DNA of 64,000 nucleotides from Flaccisagitta enflata (Eukaryota): NCBI GenBank assembly GCA_965153355.1, contig OZ231126.1, positions 39,122,001 to 39,186,000 of the forward strand, read 5' to 3'. Shown piece by piece: positions 54,047 to 64,000 of this stretch (position 1 is its first letter; each line of letters starts with the position of its first letter). The notes under the pieces were generated by a model. It saw only the letters and a program-made list of their open reading frames with translations, ran no database searches and was not told where the DNA came from. The position numbers and the translations under genes were made by a program.

Positions 54047-55023
54047 TATAAGCAAAAAAAAAAAAAAAAAAAAAAAAAATCAGTTATCAACTTTTTCACT
54101 GTATTGAATAATTTTAAAGACTATCACTTTGAGAAGCCTCCCTGAGAGGGCCATCCTATTTCGCACGCGACTAAGGTAGCCGTGTATCCGGCCTTGTTTT
54201 GATATTTTCTAATTCTTTATAAAAATGAAGAATTTTATGATGGAGTATGGACAATGTATGTTTTCTCAACTACCACAAAAAAGAAAATTGCCTCCAAAAA
54301 CCAAGCAAGGGGGGGCAACCCCCCCTTTTTTAAAAACAAAGAGGTGATCCATCTTACCCCATCTAAGTGGGGTAAAATGGGTCACCTGCTTTTTTTTGAA
54401 AAATATTGACCATCACTCGATTCCAAGGAGTTACAATGCATTAGTGAACAAGGCTGGATACACGGCCACCAGTTGCGAACGGGTGGGCAGGGGCGGAAAT
54501 GCGCATTTTCACACTTTCATACTCGATCACTACCGACGGACGGACGGACGGATGGACAAAGCCTCTTATAGTTGCGTGTCCGCAACTAAAAACGAGTTAC
54601 CTAACGTATAAATTGAGCTAAAAAAAATATTCTAAGGCAAAAAATATTTGGTCATGTCATAAGTTTTTTGAAAATATCGGTTTAGCATCAAATCATTGTT
54701 TTCATTTTATAGTATGGAACAAGATGTTCAGGGCGGGAATGAGCTGTATCTTGGTTACTCTGACCAATGAGATTGGATAACAAGCATATTTCAGCATTTT
54801 GATGGAAATTTCATGATTTTAGCATGATGACCCATTTTACCCCACATTACCAAAAATCAATTTTTCAGCTAATTGTACGTAAAATCTGAAAACTGTTACT
54901 GCCCATAAAAAAGGGGCAACTATCTATTTTGGAGGAGGATATGGCATCCTATTCCCCATACCCGAAGCAAAAAGAACTTCATTTCAGAAGATTTTTGCAA
55001 AATTTAAAAAAAAGTTAAGTGAC

Positions 55024-55937
55024 TATAAATTACGCCCACGAGTTTCAACTGGCACTGTCTATGAGCGTCTATCTGACTGACGACTTGTGGTGAAAGAAAG
55101 TTGGCCGATTGGAAAATAGGAAGGCGATCGTCTCGTTTATTCCATAAAAATTTCAACAACTGAAGAGAGGGGGAAAAATGAAAGGGAAAGTGGGCGTTAA
55201 TGGTGATCAGCAAACGCAAAAGATAACATGAAATCGAGATAGGACACAATAAAGGACAGAAACAGCACATGACAACATGTTCATCTTCTTCAGAGCCCAT
55301 GCCACCTGATAATACCTGCCCCTGCCCCGGCCCATCCCATTAAATTCATCCATATCATCCCTATAGCAAGCTGATCGGGCAAGCGATAAAAACCATACTA
55401 AAATCCGGCGATAAAAATGCAAAAGGGCAAAAGACAAAAATAACAGACCGGAAGACAAGATAAAAACAACGTTAATAAAAGCAAAAACGCGTCTATAAAA
55501 CTTACTTTTAGGCCCACTTTCGTTGGTTTCAACCCACAGTCTGTCGATGTCAAACTAACGTTAATTGTCCGTTCATAAGTTTATCTGCAATAAAAAGATG
55601 AGAGATTATTGAAATTAGTGAATTCCAAGGGCGCATTCAATCGATCACGAAAAATCAATCAATCACTTTAAGAAGCAATGCCGTAAATAATAAAATCAAT
55701 CAATCCAAAATTGGATGATACGAAAGACGAGTTACGTATGTTTGCCTACGTAATAAAAACAAATGGCACAAAATACAAGGCGCAACCATATGGTTACCCA
55801 TCTAGCGTCCAATATAAAAAATGGCGAGAAACAAAAGACGCCGGCATTGAATAACAGGAAAAGAAGAAAAACCAAAAGCACGCAAAAGAAACAAATGCAC
55901 TCATACTTAATAGACGGACGGACATACATTTCTAACA
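55024..55937 (-). repeat. 3' LTR of BEL/Pao element (outer 8 bp missing)
   Basis: Matches 62845-63759 with about 3 differences seen by eye; preceded on the element strand by a polypurine tract. Confidence 0.93.
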
Positions 55938-55951
55938 TTCTGCCCCATTTT
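55938..55951 (-). promoter_or_regulatory. Polypurine tract (PPT)
   Basis: AAAATGGGGCAGAA on the minus strand directly abutting the 3' LTR. Confidence 0.7.
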
Positions 55952-57026
55952 TGGAATTTCACGAATTTCAAAAATCCGACATCTAGTTTCCAGTCGGGGA
56001 AACCCTACTAAAAAACCGATACTACCTTCCTTAAAAAAAAATTACATAGACACAGCCCCCGCCCCTCCCCCCCCGTCCACCGCCTCTTACATCCCCACCC
56101 TAACTATCAACAGATCGACGACTGCACGAATGATGATTCCCGTCCGGAAAGGATCCACCACCAGCAAATTTTCAACGATCACGATGACGCGGATGGAAAC
56201 GAGGCGGCGACGAGGAGGTTGAGGCACCCGTTCTGTAAAAGTTAAGGGGGAAAGGGGGGGGAAAGGGGGAACGGGCCTTGGAGCACTCCAAGCCTGGGAT
56301 TTGACTTGAGAGTGGAAAATAATAAGTAGGGGCATACTACTAAAAACATGTCATACGAAAGTATTCGTAATAAAGATTAAAAAGACCATGTCTAAAACAA
56401 ACACAACAAAAATGTACATGTTCCAAGGAACCAAACAAAACAAGACAAAATTAAATAAATTACTAACTATATATAAAAACGAATCTGTTAAGTAAAAGAA
56501 AAAATTAGTAAGCATCATGGAACGACCACATCACCTGCGCCTTCTCCATTACAGAGACGAGCGGGTCATTCGGCTCCAACATCTCGTCAACCGTGGGCGA
56601 AAGGCGATGAATGATGTCGTCAACGGCGACCGCATCGAAAGGCGCAGGTGGAGCCGGATGCTGACGGGACATCTTGACTCCGACGAGCGACTTCAAGATG
56701 TAGACTGACTTCGCAGATGGAACAACGTCGTCAGCGGAAGCTTTGAAATGTTCGTTAACGCGAACTGATAATGATGAGAACGGATTTTGGCACAATCATA
56801 TGTACATGTAAACAGAGCGAATGAATCAGTGTTTTTGATGTGTTAATGGAAATGGATAACATAATTGACAAGAGGAAAGATGAAAGCATGGATAATCAGA
56901 ACCAAATATGAATAATAACAACTCTTTGTAAATATAACAAGTCAGAGTTTCAATCACTCATATCTATAGTTACTAATGGACAGGCCCATGCGCCTTTTTT
57001 CTCTCTCTCTCAAAACTTAGCGTTTT

Positions 57027-58240
57027 TTATGAATCCAATCCCAGCCGCAGAAGCTTTATGCGGTCTTTCGTCACGATCTTTTCATCTTGGCGTCGAGAAT
57101 AAGCCCTCCGGACATGGGCTGATGATCCTTCGACACCCATGACGCGTCCTAAACTCCAATTGTGACGAGGCAGCGTTTCGTCCATGACGACGACCATGTC
57201 GTCGACCGCAAAGTCTCTCTCGGATCTCGACCATTTGCTTCGCGCGTGAAGAAGCGACAAATATTCGACCCTCCACGATTTCCAAAACGCATCCACACGC
57301 GATTGCGCACGCCTCCATTGAATCTTCGCTGAGTCGGCGTCAGAGTTGACGCCTTGTTGCGCCAGATCCAGAGAGGCGTTGCCGGATGTTGATGGATTGA
57401 GGATATGATTCGGTGTGAGGGCCTCAGAATCATTTGAATCATCACTGAGCGCTGTCAGAGGACGACGGTTGAGAATTCCTTCAACTTCGACGACAGCAGT
57501 GTTGAAGGCATCGACGTGAAGGATGGCGCCAATAGAGATGGAAGCAAAATGGCGCTTGAAGAGACCGATGACTAGATTAGTTCCACAGTCTAAAGTGAAT
57601 CGGTTGATTCCTGGGCGCCTTGCTGCAAAGCGGATGATTGCATTTACCATCGCATCGGCTGACATATCCAATCCGGTCTCTGTAAAAACAGGTGCAGGAT
57701 TGATGCGATTTGATGGAAGATTAGCCATTCGCTGATTCGCGTTCTTTTTAAAGTTCTTCTGGCATCTGAAGCACGTGTTGGCGACGCTCTTGACAGCCTG
57801 AAGACCTTCTGTAATCCACACAAATTGGCGTAATTGGCACAATGTATGCTTTGCACCGCGTGAAAATCATTATGATGATAATGGCGAATTAATGATTTCA
57901 CATCCTCGTCTTTTGGCGGAAGGATGAAGGGAAATTTAGCGTCATGTGCAATGTCGGCATTCTCCAATCGGCTGCCGACGCGGAGGATGCCGTCGTCATC
58001 GACGAAAGGGTTCAACTTTAGCACCTCCTTGTTCTTGATGACAAAGACACGACGGCTTCCTGGCTTAAAGGCTTTTCCCAACTCCAATTGTTCGAAAACG
58101 TCGGAATAATGTTGCCGCTGCATTGACTTGACGAGCTGTTTGCGCGCCTCCTCCAAGACGTCTTGCGTTACTTCCGGTTTAGGAAGAGGATTCTTTGCTG
58201 CAATTGGGCAAAATATGTCTTTTCCTCTAACATTTTGCAC
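57027..58240 (-). pseudogene. pol: BEL/Pao integrase remnant (frameshifted, core deletions)
   Basis: LNPFVDDDGILRVGSRL...FILP...HYHHNDFHA; CFRC; MANLP; GLD; DCGTN; LNRRPL; LTPNHIL; FWKSWRVEYL; conserved blocks between GLD and MSAD and after GTNLV are missing. Confidence 0.82.
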
Positions 58241-58962
58241 GCTCTGATGTTTTCAAGGGAATCGCCCATCTCCTCTTGCGAGACGATTGGTGATGTAAAG
58301 TCATGGTAGAAGATGCGGTCGATGTTGCTGTTGAGGACGCGATTGTCGAGGATGCGATCGATGCTGTCGTGGAGGACGCGATCATCCGTTGCGATGGCGT
58401 TGATCGATGCAAAATCTCGCCCCCTCTTCCCCGTTTTTCCACATACAGTCCAACCGAATAAACATCTGAAGCAAGTCAAGGATCCTGAAGGCCCTCGGCG
58501 GACTTCCTGAGCGACGGCGGCATCCGCATGCGCCGCTCCGATGATCATCATAACACCGCCTTCTGCCTCTGGAAACTTTATATCTCTGATGTGAGGTTGG
58601 TCGGATAGGTCGCGGAGAAAAGGAGGAATGTCGCGTTCACTCGTCAACAAATCACCCACCAACGCGTCGTTGATGTCGACGACATATTCCTCGTCGACCG
58701 ACTTCATGGTGAATGATGCGATGAAACGATCCTCAACAACATGATTTCCCACCGTAACCACCGTCATTTGCACTGTTTTTGTCGGAATCAGAAGACTGCG
58801 AATAACATTGGTACTGATCACGTCGCGATCAGCGCCTGAGTCGATCATAGCGTATATCGTCCTCTGCACACCCGAAGAATTGTTTATGATAGTCACTGGA
58901 ACAATCGGACGGACAACGTCGTCGAATGAAGAGATGGACCGCGACGTTGCCGTCGCCGCCAG
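58168..58962 (-). pseudogene. pol: BEL/Pao aspartic protease region, truncated by internal deletion
   Basis: RPIVPV...YAMIDSGADRDVI...MIIG...LFGWTVCG; in frame with gag after a single TGA; jumps to integrase-proximal sequence near 58200. Confidence 0.8.
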
Positions 58963-60603
58963 TCATGCCGTGACGTTCGAAGAGATCACTTCCGTAGGAT
59001 TGGCTGCCTCCGCCGTCGACGGAGCTGTTGGTGTTACTGCAGCCGCATCCTCTGACTTGTTGAAGGGAGCCAGCGGTACTTTATTTCCCTGCTTATTCTC
59101 TCCTTTCTTCTCTTCCTTTTCCTCTTTCTTGTAGGTGCGCCCGTGGAGAATTGTTGTGTGCCGCTTCTTGCAGATCTGGCAAGTTGGTCTGTTTGCACAT
59201 CCTTTGGCGTTGTGTCCTGGCGCGAGGCAGTGGAAGCAAAGACGACGAGACATGATCTTTTGAACTCTCGCGTCCACTTCCAACTCTAACAGCTGATGAC
59301 ATTCTTCTGTTTGATGCATTCCACTGCAGACGTTGCAGCGGTCCGTCGACTGCATCTTTTGCTTGCCATTGGTCAAAGCATCCTCGTATGATGATGGCGC
59401 CTCTTTTTCTGTCGTTGCGACTGCTGCCACTGACGCTGTTTTGCAGCTTGCACCTTTGTTGCGCTGAATCACCGCCCATGTCTCAATCATGTTGACCAAG
59501 TTGTCGAATGAAAATGACTGTCCTTTCTGGGTTGCTTCATGTTGCTTTTCCCAAAATTTATCTGCAAGATGAGGGACCCTCTTATTGAGGATTTCCTGCA
59601 GCAGCTCGTCACGATAGCAGTGTTGCACTTCTCCACAGGTCCTCGCAATCTTCTTTGCCTTTTGCAACCTTGCAGACAAATTGAAATGCCTTGCATGGTC
59701 GGCCGACTGGATCCTTGCCTCCGCGACGATTTCGTTGAACAGCGCCGCAATGTTGCAGCGCCTTGCCATAAAGACGACGTCCATTTTTGCGAAGGCGTCG
59801 TCAATCTCTCCTCTTGCTGTCGCTTCAGTTGCATCAATCGTCGCAGTTTCAATGATCTCTTTTGCCGGACCAGCAAACCACTTAGGCAATTCCAATAAAA
59901 TGTCCATTTGCGTCAAGCCTTCATGCTTTTCAGCATCTTTGAACTTCCTCTTCCACATCATGAAATCGGTGGATGAAAGCTCCTGCAGAGGCTTCTCAGG
60001 TCTTGCTCTCTCCAATGCTTTGAGGCCGACCTCCCTTGCTCGCATATAATCGTTGTACGCCGCCCTCTCCAGGAACATGTCCAGAGCCGGATTGTTGGGC
60101 ATCTGTACATGGACTTCCGGTTGACGAGCTACTTGATGAAGCTCCACCTGATGATACGCTGGGGCCTGTTGGGTGAACGCGTATTGACCCCCGACCTTGA
60201 CCGGAGATCTCTTTTTGGTAGTTTTCACACTCCACCCAACTTCTTCCTGCTGATTCATTTGTTGTTGACGATCATCTTGATGGAATCGGGGAGCATCAAA
60301 ATCTTGGCGGACGTACTGTCGCTGTTGTTGTTCTTCTTTACGTTGTTTCTCTTCTTCTCTCGCTGCGGCAAGGTCAAAGTCTCTCTGCTGAATCTGCATC
60401 TTCAAACTATCCACTTCCTGCAAACGTTGATTCTGCTGGAAGACTTCCGCTTGAGGCGTTGCTAGAGGCGCTTGCGCTACTTTTGGCGCCTTCGGCTGCA
60501 ATCCACTCATTGCCTTCTTGGGAGCGACTTTTCTTCTCTCCTTATCTTGCAGCTGCTGTGCCAACTTCGCGTCAGCGGCCTCCTGCTTCTGCCTCCTGCG
60601 CAT
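58963..60603 (-). CDS. gag: BEL/Pao gag with three zinc knuckles
   Basis: CNVCSGMHQTEEC, CFHCLAPGHNAKGC, CQICKKRHTTILH. Confidence 0.85.
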   Translation of the reverse strand: MRRRQKQEAADAKLAQQLQDKERRKVAPKKAMSGLQPKAPKVAQAPLATPQAEVFQQNQRLQEVDSLKMQIQQRDFDLAAAREEEKQRKEEQQQRQYVRQDFDAPRFHQDDRQQQMNQQEEVGWSVKTTKKRSPVKVGGQYAFTQQAPAYHQVELHQVARQPEVHVQMPNNPALDMFLERAAYNDYMRAREVGLKALERARPEKPLQELSSTDFMMWKRKFKDAEKHEGLTQMDILLELPKWFAGPAKEIIETATIDATEATARGEIDDAFAKMDVVFMARRCNIAALFNEIVAEARIQSADHARHFNLSARLQKAKKIARTCGEVQHCYRDELLQEILNKRVPHLADKFWEKQHEATQKGQSFSFDNLVNMIETWAVIQRNKGASCKTASVAAVATTEKEAPSSYEDALTNGKQKMQSTDRCNVCSGMHQTEECHQLLELEVDARVQKIMSRRLCFHCLAPGHNAKGCANRPTCQICKKRHTTILHGRTYKKEEKEEKKGENKQGNKVPLAPFNKSEDAAAVTPTAPSTAEAANPTEVISSNVTA

Positions 60604-60670
60604 CGCCTCCGTTGCATCACCTCCGCTTCCGGCTGTGTTGAAGACCTTTTCCTCTTGACGGGGAGTTCAT

Positions 60671-62782
60671 TCATTCATTCGATCTAGCAGAACCAATCTG
60701 CTTCTCGAAGATCACTTCCGGTGCGGTAGGGAGAATCGTTGCTGCTGGGGTTTGGTGATGCTGATCCTGATGCTGTTGCTGTTGTTGAAGCCGTTGCTGC
60801 TGCCACTGTTGATGTTGAAGCTGCTGTTGCTGGTCAGGATGCTGTTGCTGTTCATTCTGCTGCTGCAGTTGACGCTGACGCTGTCCTTGCTGCTGCTGCT
60901 GCTCCAACTGTTGCTGCTGCTGCATCGGCTGCTTGACGGACGTTTCCACTGACTGCACATGACGTTGCTGTAAGTTCGAATTGAACAATCCCGGATTGAA
61001 ATTTCTGAAGATAGATCGACGGTCTTTTGGCGGATGCTGCGGCTGCTGCTTGTCCAGCTCAGACAGTTGTCTAAGCTTCACATCCCGCTGCTCTAAAGCT
61101 CCACCAATGCCGCCGTCGTTCAGGCTATTCCAGTGCTTTCGTTGCATTTCTGCCGCATTATTGAATACTCCTGCTCTTCTATCTTCATCTCGTTGCTGCT
61201 GCTGGCGAAAGTTACACATTCTGTCGTACAACTCTTTGTCTTCTTGTGATGAGCTTCGCTGTTGGAATCCCAATGGCACCGCGATCGGCGCCTTTGGAGC
61301 TGTTGCTGCACCACCACCTTCACCTTCAGCCATCATGCGCAGACGTTGTTCTGCAAGGCGTCGCTGTCTCTCTTCTTCTGTTTCTTCACTGACGCTCATG
61401 CTTTCGACAGGATGGTTATTTGACGCTGGAGGATCCACTACCACCGCTGGGATCGCGGCGGAAGGTTGCTGTTGCTGCTGCAGTTGCTGTTGCATACGTT
61501 CATCTTCATTATTTTGCCGCTGTTGTTGTTGTTCATGCGGCTGCATAACCGGTTGATGTTGTTGCAGCCCTTGTTGTTGTTGCTGTTGTTGCTGCTGCTG
61601 CTGCTCGTGTTGTTGCTGTTGTTGAACCACATGTTGTGGCGCCGGCTGCAAGACTTGACGTTGTTGTTGGTCTTGTTGACGAAATTGTTGAAGTTGCTGC
61701 AACTGCTGCTGCAACAGCTCTTGCTGCTGCCGTTGAGCTGTCGTTTGCTGCTGCTCCTGTGGTCGGTGGAGTTGACGTTGCTGTTGGAGTTGCTGCTGCT
61801 GCATCTGCAATTGATGCTGCTGCTGTTGCTCCTGTTGCTGTCGCTGCTCCTCCTCCCGTTGTTGCTGCTGCATATCATCTATCAGCCGCCGGCCTTGTCG
61901 CATTTCCTCCTCCAGCTGCCTACCCCATCTGTCTCTCTCCGCACTCCTGTTGACGAAGCGTCGCCTCGCCCTCTCCTGCGGCGTCAGTCCGTTGATAATC
62001 CCACGACCTCTTGCAAGAGCATCGGCGTCGTCGAGATCCGCAAGCATGTCGTCAGCTTGCTCCATCGGAGACGCACGCGCAGGTTCAATTTCCGAGACCA
62101 AATCCGAGACCCACTGATTGACGGCATCTCCTCTTTGGATCGGCGGCAGATTTAAAAATTGACCGCCAGTTGGAGATTGCGCACCATGTCGCGGGGCCGG
62201 AAGTGGTAGATACTCGGATCCGTCGGGGTTTGGCGAAGACGTTCGCATCCTTGGTGTTGGAGCGCCAGTCACATTGTCACGGGCGGCATGAGTGTCAGTT
62301 GGGAGACTGTTCCATGAGAATTCATTGACGGGTCTTTTACGATTCCCAATGTCATTGTGCATTGCGTTAACGATGTCGGCGTTGGAAGGAAAACCCTCTG
62401 GATAGTTTTCACGATCGAAGAAACGCATGGAGTTCCATTCGCGCCGGATTCGACGCAGAGTGGACGCCGCGAATCGAAGAGGGTCGCCGGGCATCGAGTC
62501 GAGCGCCATTTGCCTTGCGTATGATATAAAGTCGTAGACCATATCCCGAAGGCCATGTCGAGCGCCATCTGATTCACATGCGGCGTCGTCGAAATCATTC
62601 GATCCTTCGGCGTAAGCGGCAACGGCGTCGAAAAGGCGCCGGCATCCTTCCATCTCCGCCGTGATGTCGTTTCTCATCGCGCGCAAACGATCCGACCTCG
62701 GACACTGATTCAAACCGAAGTGAGATACACGAGATGACGTTGAAGCAGTTGAGACGGTGTCGTCGCTACGCGCGGCCGCCAT
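60671..62782 (-). CDS. BEL/Pao 5' ORF (Gln-rich N-terminal gag extension)
   Basis: 703-aa ORF starting 55 nt after the 5' LTR; long polyQ low-complexity tracts; ends out of frame just before the gag core ORF. Confidence 0.6.
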   Translation of the reverse strand: MAAARSDDTVSTASTSSRVSHFGLNQCPRSDRLRAMRNDITAEMEGCRRLFDAVAAYAEGSNDFDDAACESDGARHGLRDMVYDFISYARQMALDSMPGDPLRFAASTLRRIRREWNSMRFFDRENYPEGFPSNADIVNAMHNDIGNRKRPVNEFSWNSLPTDTHAARDNVTGAPTPRMRTSSPNPDGSEYLPLPAPRHGAQSPTGGQFLNLPPIQRGDAVNQWVSDLVSEIEPARASPMEQADDMLADLDDADALARGRGIINGLTPQERARRRFVNRSAERDRWGRQLEEEMRQGRRLIDDMQQQQREEEQRQQQEQQQQHQLQMQQQQLQQQRQLHRPQEQQQTTAQRQQQELLQQQLQQLQQFRQQDQQQRQVLQPAPQHVVQQQQQHEQQQQQQQQQQQGLQQHQPVMQPHEQQQQRQNNEDERMQQQLQQQQQPSAAIPAVVVDPPASNNHPVESMSVSEETEEERQRRLAEQRLRMMAEGEGGGAATAPKAPIAVPLGFQQRSSSQEDKELYDRMCNFRQQQQRDEDRRAGVFNNAAEMQRKHWNSLNDGGIGGALEQRDVKLRQLSELDKQQPQHPPKDRRSIFRNFNPGLFNSNLQQRHVQSVETSVKQPMQQQQQLEQQQQQGQRQRQLQQQNEQQQHPDQQQQLQHQQWQQQRLQQQQQHQDQHHQTPAATILPTAPEVIFEKQIGSARSNE

Positions 62783-62836
62783 TGTCCAATTTCGTTTTCG
62801 GAGGTCAAGATGTAAAGAGTCGAGTCGTTTTTAAAT

Positions 62837-63759
62837 TGTTGAAATATAAATTACGCCCACGAGTTTCAACTGGCACTGTCTATGAGCGTCTATCTGACTG
62901 ACGACTTGTGGTGAAAGAAAGTTGGCCGATTGGAAAATAGGAAGGCGATCGTCTCGTTTATTCCATAAAAATTTCAACAACTGAAGAGAGGGGGAAAAAT
63001 GAAAGGGAAAGTGGGCGTTAATGGTGATCAGCAAACGCAAAAGATAACATGAAATCGAGATAGGACACAATAAAGGACAGAAACAGCACATGACAACATG
63101 TTCATCTTCTTCAGAGCCCATGCCACCTGATAATACCTGCCCCTGCCCCGGCCCATCCCATTAAATTCATCCATATCATCCCTATAGCAAGCTGATCGGG
63201 CAAGCGATAAAAACCATACTAAAATCCGGCGATAAAAATGCAAAAGGGCAAAAAGACAAAAATAACAGACCGGAAGACAAGATAAAAACAACGTTAATAA
63301 AAGCAAAGACGCGTCTATAAAACTTACTTTTAGGCCCACTTTCGTTGGTTTCAACCCACAGTCTGTCGATGTCAAACTAACGTTAATTGTCCGTTCATAA
63401 GTTTATCTGCAATAAAAAGATGAGAGATTATTGAAATTAATGAATTCCAAGGGCGCATTCAATCGATCACGAAAAATCAATCAATCACTTTAAGAAGCAA
63501 TGCCGTAAATAATAAAATCAATCAATCCAAAATTGGATGATACGAAAGACGAGTTACGTATGTTTGCCTACGTAATAAAAACAAATGGCACAAAATACAA
63601 GGCGCAACCATATGGTTACCCATCTAGCGTCCAATATAAAAAATGGCGAGAAACAAAAGACGCCGGCATTGAATAACAGGAAAAGAAGAAAAACCAAAAG
63701 CACGCAAAAGAAACAAATGCACTCATACTTAATAGACGGACGGACATACATTTCTAACA
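62837..63759 (-). repeat. 5' LTR of BEL/Pao element
   Basis: TGTTGAAAT...ATTTCTAACA inverted termini (TG..CA); direct repeat of 55024-55937. Confidence 0.93.
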
Positions 63760-64000
63760 GTGACCCATTTTACCCCGCTGACCCATTTTACTCCACTCTA
63801 CCCTAAGTATTTTTGTCTCAAAAACAAAGTGCTCCCAAATTCAAACTCAGACATTTAGAGCAATTCCGATCGCCCTACTATTTACAGCTTTAATATCATG
63901 AATATCATGAATATCATGAAGCAAAATAGGCTATGTCAAAATATTTGCATTTTAGTGAAAACACTGAGAATACTAAAAGTAATTGCAGGGATTTTGGCCT

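Larger units (their letters stand above)
55024..63759 (-). mobile_element. BEL/Pao LTR retrotransposon, internally deleted (no RT/RNase H), recent insertion
   Basis: Two near-identical ~915-bp LTRs; 5-bp TSD GTGAC at 55019-55023 and 63760-63764; gag with BEL-type triple Cys/His knuckles, DSG protease, partial integrase. Confidence 0.93.

Noticed and set aside
62790-62836. Primer binding site of the BEL/Pao element
   Set aside because: No clear TGG-starting tRNA complement next to the LTR; only a degenerate TTGACCTCCGAA.

Overview
Repeat-rich, intron-rich animal (probably invertebrate) genomic DNA; no rRNA, tRNA or CRISPR features seen. Gene content, all on the + strand and reconstructed by hand from GT-AG junctions: (1) two tandem paralogues (gene A <1371-21337, 5' exons upstream of the window; gene B 39577-50214, 18 exons) encoding a secreted reprolysin/M12B-like metalloprotease with prodomain, an unusual [12 protein letters not shown] zinc motif (Asp as third ligand), an F-type (fuco)lectin domain and eight ShKT domains; gene B shows an apparent 5-nt frameshift in ShKT2; (2) between them a 4-exon, ~139-aa secreted mini-gene (33969-36327) made only of a signal peptide plus ShKT5-ShKT6 of the big genes, with the same intron positions, invisible in the ORF track; (3) an IRE1/RNase L-like pseudokinase-KEN ribonuclease fused to a C-terminal SH2-like domain (~26221-29905). 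Mobile DNA: an intact CR1/L2-type LINE ORF (PHD-APE-RT, with a 2A-like motif) in an intron of gene A; a young, internally deleted BEL/Pao LTR retrotransposon (55024-63759, 5-bp TSD); a 1.47-kb foldback palindrome; several hAT/Tc1-type MITEs with TSDs; many DINE-1/HINE-like elements; and abundant microsatellites. All domain calls come from reading motifs by eye; no database search was run.
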